A stretch of DNA of 64,000 bases, from contig NIVC01001149.1 of the NCBI GenBank assembly GCA_002269645.1, forward strand, positions 1 to 64,000, given 5' to 3'. The DNA comes from Macrostomum lignano (lineage: Eukaryota). Shown one piece after another: positions 1 to 26,136 of the stretch; the stretch's first letter is position 1, and the number at the start of each line of letters is the position of its first letter. The translations under genes were made by a program, and so were the position numbers. The notes under the pieces are model-generated. The model did no database searches. It saw nothing but the letters and a program-made list of their open reading frames with translations, and had not been told where the DNA came from.

Positions 1-3000
1 AGATATCATCATTAGTATAGATGCTATTAAACCTTAAATGACACTTATGGTCGTAACGACAGGATTTTTGACATATAGAAACTAAAAGGTAAAAGTCTTA
101 TAACATTTTTCATTTTTGATATTTTTCAATACATTTTTAAAATTTGACTAAGAACATCTTTAGAAATCATACTCTTTTATTAGAATATATAAACTCAAAA
201 GGCAACAAAGATACAAAAGAAAAGGCAGCCTTATGGTCGTAACATTATGGTCGTAACATATTTTTTTCTGTCAATTCAGTAACTTTGAGGTACTAATACA
301 TTAAAAATATAATAGATTATTTGGTCACCAATGCTTTTATCTGATGATGCAAGTACTATACTTTTATCTATAGTTTGTTTCAATCTTCAAAAGCTTTCTA
401 TTTGTTTTTAAAAGGTACAAAATCTTAATGATGTCTTTTGCTTCGAAAAATGTCCAAATTTTTACAAAAATGACTTTTTGCCAATTGATAACATACTAAT
501 CCAACATTTTACCATTCCTTTATTCTTAGATTGTATATATTGCACAATATAAAAATTTGGTAAAAAAATAGGCTAATTAGGCAATGGCAAGCAAAAATAT
601 TGACTTTTTTCTATTTTCCAAATATGTCTATCTTATATGGAATGAGCCTTTAGCTTTTGCTAGTTGGAGTGCATTCATTAGTTGGAAGTACATTTGAACT
701 AGATTAAAACTTTCAGGGCCAAAATGTATTACTTCATTGCAATAGTATCTACTTTGACTCTAGTTGTGACACTAGAATATTAAAATTATGATGGATAGTC
801 AGATACCTTTGCCCACTAATCTAATAGGGGCTTGAACAGCAATTCAAGAGCAAAAAGCTTAGTGAATTAAAAAAGAATATAAAAAAGAACTATTTACTAT
901 TGTATTCTTAACAAATGCAAATGCAATATGCTTATTTTATATCTATGGCTTAGCTATGCTCAAATATATAGATAAGTAAGTTGTAGCCCCAAAGGCTGAT
1001 TATTTCTTTTCTAGCACAAGAGCTAGCATACCATTAATACAACATTTACAAATTTAAATATTCTAAAAGAGAGTAAGCATAGAATGAACAATAGAAAAAA
1101 TAACTTTTAATATTAATATATTTGACAAAGAAGTATCAAATGAGTACAAAGTGAATAAAGCACAGAAACAAAAGATATGAATAAAAGCTAAAAGTAAAAA
1201 TATTATTAGACTTAGAGTGCCTAGTCATTTTGTCTTTGTTTTGATAATAATCTTTACAAATATAAGCCTAAAGCCTAGAGACCAAGCGAGATTAGTAGAA
1301 GTAGACATTGTAGCTAATGCCAAACCAAATTTAAAAAGACATAGATTCAATAAGTAGGCTTGAACCAAAACCTGGCCATTGTTTCTTCTATAATCAACTA
1401 GGACCTATGAGACCATAGGTAAGATGCTATTACCATTGCCAGATTAGCTTCAGCCTTCAATTGATATAGGCCTACCTAGCAGAGGTAGCAGAGCCTAATA
1501 TTTTAGGGGGAGGGGCACTGGGTACAGACAGGGCAAGGGGGGCACAGGTACCTTTATAAGCTGCTAATAAGGGCCTAAAATCAGAAAAAGCACTAAAAAT
1601 TAACATGTGGTCTGTGGACTCATTTTCTGGGAGGGGGCATAAGGATATGCCCCTAGTGCCACAAGCTCTTGCCGCCCATGATGCCAGCAGAAGCTCCCAT
1701 AAGATATCATAAGAAAGTGACTATAAAGTAGGCCTAATATATAAATTTTGATAATAATAGCTTAATAATAGCCTAATTTTAGATATAGCTAAGCCAATAG
1801 AATTTCATATGGCCTAGGCTAGGCCTATTTATTTGTAATTAATTAAATGCAAATTTAGTCTAATACTAATAGGCCTAGTGTAGCCTATCTCAAAATCATG
1901 GTCATGGTATTGTTTTTTTAATCTATGGTCGATTAGGCTGTTTTATGTTTTGTTAGGCGTATATAGTAATAGTTGTAGGCCTACCCATATTAGCATGTTT
2001 TGATATAGTAATATAGTATACTGTAGGTATAAGTAGGCCTATGTATGCTAATCAGCATAATATAGTTGTTGTTATGCTGTATGTGTATATGTATTAAAAT
2101 GCGTATCTAGAGCCTGTCTCTGATTAGCGGTATAGGCCCTAGTTTGCCTGATCGCCCCTAGGGCCTAGTCAATGAGGCCTTGACACTTGACACTGACAGT
2201 AGGCGGCGTAGGCCCCTAGAACTAACTAGGCCTAACACGAACAGCCTACAATAGTTTAAAAGAATTAAAGACAAAACCAACGTATAAAAATATGTGTATA
2301 GTCATACAAATCATAACATATCAAACTCGCCAGACAAGAGTGGTTGAGATGATTAACAGGGTCTAATCAAGCATTTCGTTAATATCTTGACAACAAAAAA
2401 TGCTATCTACCGGTTTCTACCGCTGCGTCACAACTTTTCATTTCATGTATTTGTTTATATTAAATGCCATATAAAAAGTTAAAATGTTTTTTTAAACTTT
2501 GCTATCACCACAAAAACATGCGATTAGCTTAAAGCCGCTTTTAACTCTACGTAGCTTTGTTTAGACGCTTACCATTTTTATGTTTTATTTTAAATTTGAA
2601 AAAGTAATTTTTTCCATGAACTTCAAAGTATTCTTATTATAAAATAGAGACACACACAGATTGAGGCAGGGCGCTGCATGTTACACATTACACTTAAAGT
2701 TGGACTAATAATTGTATAATTTATGTTAAGCAATTTTTACAAGTGTCAAGTAACCGACAAACTTTATGCCAGTACTGAGCCATCATTTTAATTAAAATTC
2801 AGTTAAATCTAGCATTTTGTGATAGTTTTACTTAGAATGAAAAATGAAGTTCTCTGGCCTAGCTGGCCTGGCCTAACATGATATTTATATGGCTAAGATG
2901 AATTTAATTTTCGTTTTATTTAAACCAGTAGGTCAATAGCTACTTAGAATAATGAAATCTAGTCTAATGTGCAATTGCTGCTCTGCTTTTACCTTTTGTT

Positions 3001-3485
3001 TTGTTGGGTGTCTAAATCTTTAGGGCCTATTTATTTAATATTAGAATTGGGGCACTCAATATTCGCATGGTACCACGTAAATCGGGCTTTCATTGAGGTA
3101 AGGTGGCACGCTTTAGAAGGCAAAGAAATATAAAAGTGAAAATCAACATAGATTATATTATAATGCTATTCTTTTGACGTGTTTTGGTCCAACTAGGCTA
3201 GGGCCATCTTCAGGTCTACTGTCTTTTTAGTCACAAAACAACTTTTATAAGAGATAAGTGAACAAATGTTTAATACAGTCCAAGGGCATATCATGGGCAG
3301 AATTTTCAAAGTAAATAAAATCTTATTTACTTTGAAAATAATTTGAGTAGAGATTTAATTTAATTTTAATTTTAATTTTTAACTCATTAAGCAGCTTTTC
3401 AACTGCTTAGTAAAAAACAGCTTAAATAAGTAGAGTGTCAACTGTCAATGAGTCCTGCTACTACTAGGGCCTACTACAGTCTATA

Positions 3486-5873
3486 TTAATGCAAAGGATT
3501 AGTCAAGTCAGTCACGTTGAAACTTTTTCTGGCAATAGATGCAAGCAAAGGTGTCATAGCTGCCAGCTCAGCAGTCTTCCTCTTTAAAACTAATTGCATA
3601 ATTCGCTCTAACTCTTCTTCATTCCTTTTCCAAATATGATCCTTCGCCTTTCGAAGCTCTTCAAGCTCATTTTCGTGCATCTCTGCTTTCTACTAAGCTT
3701 CTTTAAGCAACAGAAGTGCAACACTCTTCTTTTTTTCCCTAATTTCCATTGCATTTGAAACATCCATTTGCAAAGAGCTGAATTGCTTGCTAGCTTTCTT
3801 TTTGCCTCCACTTTAGTGAGCACCCTTTCGTTAGCTTTTTATAGCGCTCTCACTTTGCTTCTGCTGCCTTATCCTTCAGTCTCTGTCAGTATGCCAAATG
3901 AGCACTTGCGCACATGTTCAGAGAGCTAAGGTGACGGGCAGATTTGCAGCAGTCTATTTCTTTATAGACAAACAGGAACAAGTGACAATTAACTTAAGGC
4001 CTTGACAGTGAAGGGTGCCGAACTCATTGCTTCTTAGTAACTGTGTCCCAAACCATAAACCAGACTCAAGACTCACTCAAATTCAGCATTCCCATGTGGG
4101 AGAATAAGAAGTGCTTTGACAAATCTGATAGAGGATGATTACTAGCCTTAGATACAGACTCCCAAAGCTCAATAACATTTGACAACTCTAACTCTAGAAT
4201 CTCTATCTGGTGTAGACATACCTCAACTTCCACATTGCCAATCTCCATGTCAGTGAAAGCAAATTACATTTCGCCGCAAGGGTTGTAACCCACTTAACAT
4301 ACAATAAATTACACTGCTCCTTCAGATCCAGCATTTTCAGGCCTTGACGAACTTACTCTTGAAGGGCAAGTAGTCCCTTAGTTTTTCAGTTCCAACTTGG
4401 AAGAATTTTTTCATTGCTTGAAGACACACTTGCTAGTCGTTAGCACTCATGTCAACAAACAATCCTTTGCTGGCTCACCCATCCTAATGCTATAGGGCCC
4501 TAGCCAGACAGCTGGATCATCCAAGTTGACTTTCCATGGATGCCACTTGGAAAGCTTGGCCAAATCTACAAATTGCATCAGCTAGCACTTTATCAAGTCT
4601 AGCATTTGAATGTGTAGGATGTGGAGCTAGGAGCTTTCCTGCTGGAAAAGAAGCTCAAAATGCTAAAGTGGCTGCAAAACCTTGACTAAGAAGCAAAGAA
4701 AGAACTCAGTCTTTGGATCTCTTAGGGCCTTTTTATGGTACCAGTGTGCAGCCCTGAGTCCCTACTCTTGATGTTCAGTTCCAAAAAAAACTTATCAATT
4801 GGTGCATATAGATAGAGCACTTGTTCAAGGATAGGCAGCACTTAGAGCCACCAGGTGTCCACAGGTCTGAGGAATGCGAGCTTCTTTATCTCACAGAAGC
4901 TGTCAGCTAGAATGTCATCAAAACCATCCAATTGCACTATCTTAAAGAAGGCGTAGATCTCCTTAAGCAAGTGTTCTATTGACATTCCAAGGTCTGAAGA
5001 ACCATAGGCATATCTAGCCACGTTAGTGATATGGTGTAAGGAACAGCCTCCTAGATTGATTATGTTAGGAAACCCATTGGTTTTTAGCCTAACAACTGTA
5101 CCACTCTTGACACCACACATAGCATTATAACTGTCACTCATAATAGAGAGACAGTTGTTGCTATTGATTCTACACTCCAACATTGACTGATGGATGGAAG
5201 TCGCCATTGCCTCTGCTGTTGTAGACTTTAACTTACACAAGTCAATGCAGACCACTTTAACGTCAAAAGACAAGCTGGGCAGGAAGCGGGCAACTACTCC
5301 AAGGTATTTGGATCCTTTATTAGCCTCATTGATTTGGAGCGAGAACCATTTAGCTGTGCGGATCTCTTGCAGCACTACTTCTCTGATGTATAGAAACAAT
5401 GCATCCTAAAAGAGATAAGCAATCTTGCTTTCATGGAGCTGCATACAGGGAGGAATCTTTGAATCTCGACAAATCGCAGCAATATTCTCAGTGAGATCTT
5501 CTGATTCGAAGCTGCGTGCCTTGATTACAAGTCTTGTAACACATCGGATCTCAGCTGCCCATGTATCAGCAATTGTACTGCTTGTGTCTAATGTAGTTGA
5601 AGCAACTATATTGCCTGAGCTGGCTTCAGCAGCGCCTTCAACATCAGTTTGGGTTTGAGTCACCACCGGCAGTGGAGCGCAGTTCTTTCTACTGGACAAA
5701 ATCTTTTTATGTTTGCCAGCCTCTGCGTGGCTTCTAAAGTTGGTCAGGCCACTTTTTATTTCAAAAGTTTTGGCACCAGTTGCAGCGCACTGTGCTACTC
5801 TCGCTGTTGAGCTTCTTTGCCCAGATACCAATCTTTTTGCCATTGTTATCAGTGCACTCCAGCCAGTCTTCAT
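3486..5873 (-). pseudogene. Decayed hAT-superfamily DNA transposase (N-terminal Zn finger, catalytic core, dimerisation domain)
   Basis: The 5406-5873 ORF has a zinc-finger-like C..FEIKSGLTNFRSHAEAGKHK. The 4842-5399 ORF has FSLQINEA..KYLGVVARF and IMSDSYNAMCG..GGCSLHH. Further minus-strand frames give VLPILEQVLYLY, LRDPKTEFFLCFL and a dimerisation-like ALLILPHGNAEFE near 4080-4120. Multiple stops and frameshifts. Confidence 0.85.
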
Positions 5874-6988
5874 TCCAAGCCACTGGTAACCTCGGGCTAT
5901 TACTTAGGCTTATGGAGGCACTGGATTGAGTTGTTGAATGGCTGAAAGTATCAAAAGATAAACAAAAGGTATAAGCAGACTATGCTAGCTTTTACAAATC
6001 CATAGTTGCATAGATAACACATTTATCTATCTCATGATATTTATTATTAGACGAATCCTAAAAATCTATACATTTAACAAAATAAAATGTTTGATTAAGA
6101 CAATAAAAACATGGTGATAGCTTCATTTTATTCAAGTACTACACAATAAAGAATAAAGAATTCAGTAGTCAAAAATTTATTTAATAAGCATTTGTATGAA
6201 GGCCCATTACACAACACAATTCTTTAGAAAAACTTATAAGAAGCATTTTGTTTTTTTTTTGCATTCTCCATTGCCTTCAATTTTTGTGTCCGGGTGATAG
6301 AATTTGCATATCCACGTTATTTTCGTGTTTGACATGAATTCGCGTCATGCCACAGCCCTTAGAGGTCTATATACTCGTAATTTATCAAGCTTAGAGAAGT
6401 TCCGAAGTATCAATTTCATTTTCCAAAATTTGAATTTTTTAAAAGCAAATTTCAATTTTGAAAAAAATTAGAAGTCAAAATTTTAGAAGTGTCTAAAAAG
6501 TTGCTAAAATAAACTAATTTCTGCTACATATACATGTATTTCATTTTGCATAAGCAGTAAATTGAAAGTAAAAAGTGAGTGTTGGTCATACTAAACTTAC
6601 TAAACTAAACTTTTTCTGAATTTTGATTTTGGAAAATTTCAATTTCTATTTTGGAAAGTTACCAAATTTTGATTTCAACAAAATCGAAATGGAAATCCTA
6701 AAGCATGGTAAAATAGTTTGACTCTTTTCTAAATGCGCGTCTGCGAGTTTTACATTTATTCCAATAGAGCTTGACTGAACCAAGGGTGAAGGGAGTCTGT
6801 ATTTATAGCCCAAGAATCCCTAGTGCACCTTTGTGCACAAGACCTTCTGACTTTTTCTTTTTTAGAACTGATGTCACTTCCTGCCAGAGCGAATGCAGGG
6901 TCCCTAGGCAAAGTGCACAGGGCTGTGTGACTCACTGTCTATTTTTAGAAACATGAGTCACCTCTGGCAAGGGCTCCGGGGCACGTGA

Positions 6989-7360
6989 TCTCTAACTATA
7001 AAAATCAAAACTCTGTCTGTGTGTCTGTCTGTCTGTCTGTGTGTCTGTGGACAATTTTGATCGCTATGGACTCCCAAACCACTCAACCAACTAACACCAA
7101 ATTTTACACCCACCCTAAACTTACTACGGAGAATGTCTTAGGCTATCTTTCAATTTCCTAAATTTGAGTCTTCCTACCTAAAAGTGCAAAAAACTGCTCA
7201 AAATGCGCGATTTTTTCACTTAATCCTCCATAGCGCCGCTCCACTTCTACCGATTCTCTTCAAATTTGACACAGATAATCTTTAACTATTTTGGCACAAT
7301 CATGTAAAATTTTGAGTCTCAAAGTTAATCCTGAGCGGTGCTGGGCACTTTTAAAGTTAG
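6989..7360 (+). mobile_element. Non-autonomous Helitron-like element (5' end)
   Basis: A|TC start (TCTCTAACTATAAAAATC), then a (TGTC)n tract and ACCACTCAACCAACTAACACCAAATTT, resembling Helitron-derived MITE 5' ends. A possible 3' hairpin lies near 7331-7347, but no canonical CTAG end is visible. Confidence 0.5.
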
Positions 7361-8189
7361 GCTGTTTTTTTCAGCGTAGCAACCACCCCAACCTCCACCC
7401 GCCTGCCTCTCCCGATCTGGGCAAAAGGTGTAAATAGGTTTTAAAATGACTAACTTTCGGCTGCCATAAGTTTTCTCCACGTGAGGCGATTGGCTTCAAA
7501 TTTGACACAATTCTTCATTGACTCATTCTCTGTCTAAATGTAAAGTCTCAACTCTGTATCTTAATCAGGACAGAAACTATAAGCATGTAAAGTTTGTCTG
7601 CTTTTTCTGTTGTTTGTGCCACTCACTCACTCATTCCCCCAGAGCCAGACGAAGGGTCAGGCGATAGGGCTCAATGTACATAGCGAATGTACAGTGTTTT
7701 GGAATAACTTTTTAATAGCCTTCTCTGTACCCCGCGAGTGGAGAGGCGTGGAGAGGAGAGAGTTTAGCGAGAGATTCAATTTCAAACCAGTGTCCTCTGA
7801 ATAGACAAGTCTGCAGCAGTTAAACAAGGATGGCAAATCAAGGCGATATGGGATGGTTTGTAAAAATATCGAAAAATTAATGAATAACTGATTACAATGC
7901 AATCCTACTAAATTAGTTACACCATGAAAATTCTAACATTAAGATTCGCATAAGGTAACTTTAAAATTTAAATGGCCTCCTAAGAAATGCATATTTCCAT
8001 GGTTGTTAGACTGCTGCAGACTGTGGTGGTGGAGCTGGAGATATACAAATTTCTCTCAGGGCTGCTAATTGACCAGAAAGATGACGTGATTAAAGCATGA
8101 GAAATGATAACAACCATGATAGTATTACGTCCCACAAACTGGCTTTCGAAGCAGGGATCGGCAGATTTTTATCTCAAAGGCCAGATAAA

Positions 8190-9720
8190 GAATCCAGCTC
8201 ATGGCTACGGGCCAGATGAGAGTGAAAAGGAAAAAGAATAGACTATTAGAAAGGGAGGAGGGGCGAGAGGAGATAAAAGAAAAGATAGAAGATAACAGGA
8301 GAGACGTACGAGGAGGTTGAGGAGAGAGCAGAGAATATGGGACGAAGAAGCGAGAGGAGGGGAGAGAAGAATGTAGAGGAAATAGTAGAGGTGAGAAGAT
8401 GGAGAGAGAAGAGGGGAGAGATGAGACAGAGGATCGATGAGAGAGGAGAGTAGAGAAGAGTGAGATGAGAGAACAAAGAGGAGATGAGAGTATCGAGAGG
8501 GGGGATTAGAAAGGATAGAGGAGAAGAGATAAGAGGGGGAGAGACGAGTGAGAAGAGAGAAGATAGAGATGAGAGAGAGAGTTGAGAAAGAAGAGAGGAC
8601 AAAGGAGAGATGATAGAGTAAAGGGAAGAGGAGAGAGGAAAGAGATGAGATTGTAAAGATGAGTGAGATGAAAGGAAATATGAGAGAGTAGATTAGAGAT
8701 GAGAGATGAAGGAAGAGAGAGCAGAGTGCGGAGAGACGAGAAAAGAGAATAGAGGGGAGAGAGTATAGAAGAGGGAAGAGAAGAGAGGAGTAAGGAAAGA
8801 GAGGAGTCAGAAGAGGGGAAAGAGAAGAGTACACAGTAGAGAGGAGAGTAGAGATGACAGAAGAGAGAGGGGAATGAGAGAGCAAAGATGAGAGTGAACA
8901 GACGATATAAGAGAGGAGAGAGGAGAGTGAGAGAGAAGAGAGAAGACAAGAGAGGGAGAGAGTATAGAAGAGAGAAGAGAAGAGACGAGAAGAAAGAAGA
9001 AAGGATCGAGTCCTCCTGAGTCAAAAAGGGGAAAGAGAGGAGTACAAGGGAGAGAGGTGAGAGAACATATGAGAGGAAAGATGACAGATAAGAGAGGGGA
9101 GATGAGAGAGCAGAAACGAGAGTGAACAGACGAGAGATGGGAGAGTAGAGAGAAAAGAGGAGAGATAAGAAATAAGGGATGAGAGGTGGAGACAAGGGAG
9201 AGATGAGAAGTGAGTGAGGAGAGAGGAGGGGAAGGGAGAGAATCGAGAGGACAGGGGAAATTGGTGAAAAGGACGAGAGAGGAGAGGAAAGAGGGGAGAG
9301 AAGAGAGAGAAGAGAGATGAGAGGAGAGAGTGGACAGAGGAGAGGAAAGAGTTGAGAGAAGAGAAGAAAAAGGAGAGAGTAGAGATAAGGAAAGTGTTGA
9401 GAGAGGGTAGAGTAAGGAGTGAGAAGAGAGGTGAGGGAAGAGAGAGCAGAGAGCAGAGGGAAGAGAGAGTAGAGAGCAGAGAGAAATGAGAAAAGATAAA
9501 ACAGGAGAAAGGAGATATGAGAGACCAGAGACCAGAGCGAAGAGAGGAGAAGAGAGAGAAAAGAATAGAGGGAGAGGGAAGAGATGAGAGAAGAGACAAG
9601 AGAGGAGAGAAGAAAGAAGAGATAAGAGGGGAGAGAGAGAAGAGACGAGAGAGAAGATAAGAAACAGAAAAGAAGATGGAAGTTTCAAAGAATGCAAAGG
9701 ACATAGGGAGAGGCAGAGGT
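8190..9720. repeat. ~1.5 kb polypurine (GA-rich) low-complexity tract
   Basis: Almost only G/A on the + strand; the S/L/P-rich minus-strand ORFs are artefacts. Confidence 0.95.
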
Positions 9721-10284
9721 ACGTAGAGGCCAGAGTTTGCCTGACATTCTGCGCAGCACCCCAGCCAACAATATCAATGTTTGCCTCAAATCCTAATTTT
9801 ACATGAATGTACACTTTTTTATGTTTAACTCTATCCTAACTATTAACAAGGGAACAAGTTTCTGTTTGAGTTTTACCTCAGATTTTAGAAAACATGCAAA
9901 AATAATTCCCGGGAATGGAGTTCCCCGGGTTCAAAATCCGCGGGTTTCAACAGCTTGTTTCCTATAAACACAGACAAGCAAGTGTAGCAAATATGTTTAA
10001 TGCACTTTAGGACTACAAGAAGACAAGGCTTGTCATATGACTAGGTCATATGAAAATGAAAACAGGCCACCATCGTGACCTCAGGACATAAGCGAAACAA
10101 GAGCAGACCACAGCAGAGATAACCGTGGCTACAAACAAGAGGGTAGAGAACAGACAGAAAATGAGGGGGAGGGCAGCAAACAAGCAGACAAAAGATAGCA
10201 AAAAGCTCTTCTGCAGACAGTCTGGTAGACAGTCTCTGGATGTCTAGCAAAAAAACATTATAGCATCTATAGTATGTGGTAAGA

Positions 10285-10400
10285 GGCTGTAGCCTAGTGG
10301 TTAGGTGATAAGACTGAAATGAAAGGTTGAGGGGGTTCAATTCTCAACCCATTCGGAAGAAAATTTGTCTCCTTGAGAAGGCACCTAACTCTGCACACAG
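10285..10400 (+). mobile_element. tRNA-derived SINE head with CORE-like motif
   Basis: A-box TAGCCTAGTGG, B-box GGTTCAATTC, then TCTCCTTGAGAAGGCACCTAAC, which resembles the CORE-SINE motif CCTTGRGCAAGKCACTTAAC. Confidence 0.6.
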
Positions 10401-10608
10401 CCTGCATATGTTTTGTTGGCGCTCAGATTTCCTATGAAATGTGATAAGTTTGTGTCCACAAATTGCTACACACTGCTCAAAATATCATGAGTTGGGTGAG
10501 ATGTACACCCGGACCCCCGGACACTGTTCGGACACTTGTGCAATGCAACCTCATTACTTCCAGTCTGCATCAGCGCCAGACGAAGAAGCGGGTCCAACTT
10601 CGTCGTCA

Positions 10609-24368
<13,760 letters not shown>

Positions 24369-24589
24369 GCTGGCGACTTGTGTTTTTGTTTGTCTTTTTT
24401 GCTGTTGTTTAAACTGCTGGATTGACACTTTGATGTGGTGAGAGTCAGTATATGAGACACAAGGTGAGATTTAGATTGATTTGCAGGTTGAGATTCAAAG
24501 TGAAATGTAGGGTGAGAATTAGACAGATAGTGAGTGAGATTCAAGAATCAAAAGAATCAAAATGAGAATGGCCAGATTAAATATAAGAT

Positions 24590-24970
24590 GCAGGGTGAGA
24601 TTCAGTATGAGATGCAGGGTGAGATTCAGTATGAAATTCAGGGTGAGATTCAGTATATTATGCAGAGTGAGATTCAGTATGAGATGCAGGGTGAGATTCA
24701 GTATGAAATTCAGGGTGAGATTCAGTATATTATGCAGAGTGAGATTCAGTATGAGATGCAGGGTGAGATTCAGTATGAAATTCAGGGTGAGATTCCGCAT
24801 AAGATTCAGGGTAAGATTCCGCATAAGATTCAAGGTGAGATTCCGCATAAGATGCATGGTGAGACTCAGTATGAGATGCAGGGGGAGATTCCAAATCAGA
24901 TACAAGTGAGATTCAGTATGCGATACAGGTGAGAGTCAGTCTAAGATATAAGGTGAGATGCAGGGTGAGA
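24590..24970. repeat. 24 bp minisatellite downstream of Tpr
   Basis: Unit GAGATTCAGTATGAGATGCAGGGT. Confidence 0.9.
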
Positions 24971-25429
24971 TTTCTCTTCAATGTTGAATTCGCAGCAGCA
25001 GCAGTATTTTATTAGTTTTAATTGCGGCAGAATGTGTTCGCCTGTTAATGATGAGCAAATCTTGAATTGCTTGTCTCAGTCTGAAAGCAAATAAAAGACC
25101 AGCCTGTAAAATATTTGTCAAACCCCGTGTGCAGCATTGCAATATCTGAATTTGTTTGCAAGTTTATTTTCTATAAGTATTCATTGTCTCAGTTGCTCCC
25201 AGCACCAACCGTTTATTTTGTTCTCTTTTTAGCTTCATCAGTTTAAGCGTTCCTTCATCAAACTGTGTTGCAGCCAATTTCTAAATGCGTTTAATTCGCC
25301 AAAGTGCTTTGTTTAAGTGCTCGTCTGTTTGTGGTCTTCTTATTTACATTTTCGCTTATCACAGCAGTGTTCTAGATCTATAGAATTGGTTGCTATTTAG
25401 TGTCAGTGACAGAATACATTGTCAGAAAT

Positions 25430-26095
25430 TAGTGTCAGCAGCGAGTGTCAGCAACTAGTGTCAGCAGCTAGCAGGATAGGATGCTCCTACAAGTGTCAGT
25501 AGCTATCGGTAGCAGGATAATTTGTAGTGTCAGTATAGGGATATTATAGCAATTTTTGTCAGTGTAGGGATAAGTATCAGCATAGAGACACGTGTCAGCA
25601 GTTGGTGTCAGCATAGGGATAAGTAGTGTCAGCAGTCAGTGTCAGCATAGGGATAAGTGTCAGCAGTCAGTGTCAGCATAGGGATAAGTGTCAGCAATCA
25701 GTATCAGCATAGGGTCAAGTGTCAGCACAGAGACAAGTGTCAGCAATTAGTGTCAGCATAGAGACAAGTATCAGCAATTAGTGTCAGCATAGGGATAAGT
25801 GTCAGCAGTCAGTGTCAGCATAGGGATAAGTGTCAGCAATTAGTGTCAGCATAGAGACAAGTATCAGCAATTAGTGTCAGCATAGAGACAAGTATCAGCA
25901 ATTAGTGTCAGCATAGAGACAAGTATCAGCAATTAGTGTCAGCATAGAGACAAGTATCAGCAATTAGTGTCAGCATAGAGACAAGTATCAGCAATTAGTG
26001 TCAGCATAGAGACAAGTATCAGCAATTAGTGTCAGCATAGAGACAAGTATCAGCAATTAGTGTCAGCACAGAGACAAGTGTCAGCAGTCAGTGTC
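25430..26095. repeat. ~31 bp minisatellite
   Basis: Unit GTCAGCATAGAGACAAGTATCAGCAATTAGT. Confidence 0.9.
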
Positions 26096-26136
26096 AGCGC
26101 CCTACAAACCGCAGCCACTCCCACGCATTCCCGCAG

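Noticed and set aside
1480-1680. Possible small hAT MITE with G-rich subtermini
   Set aside because: The TIR match is poor and there is no TSD.
2640-6365. TIRs for the hAT transposase
   Set aside because: CAGCCCT at ~6351 could be one end, but no convincing partner or TSD was found.
8205-9814. Long S/L/P-rich minus-strand ORFs
   Set aside because: Translation artefacts of the polypurine tract.
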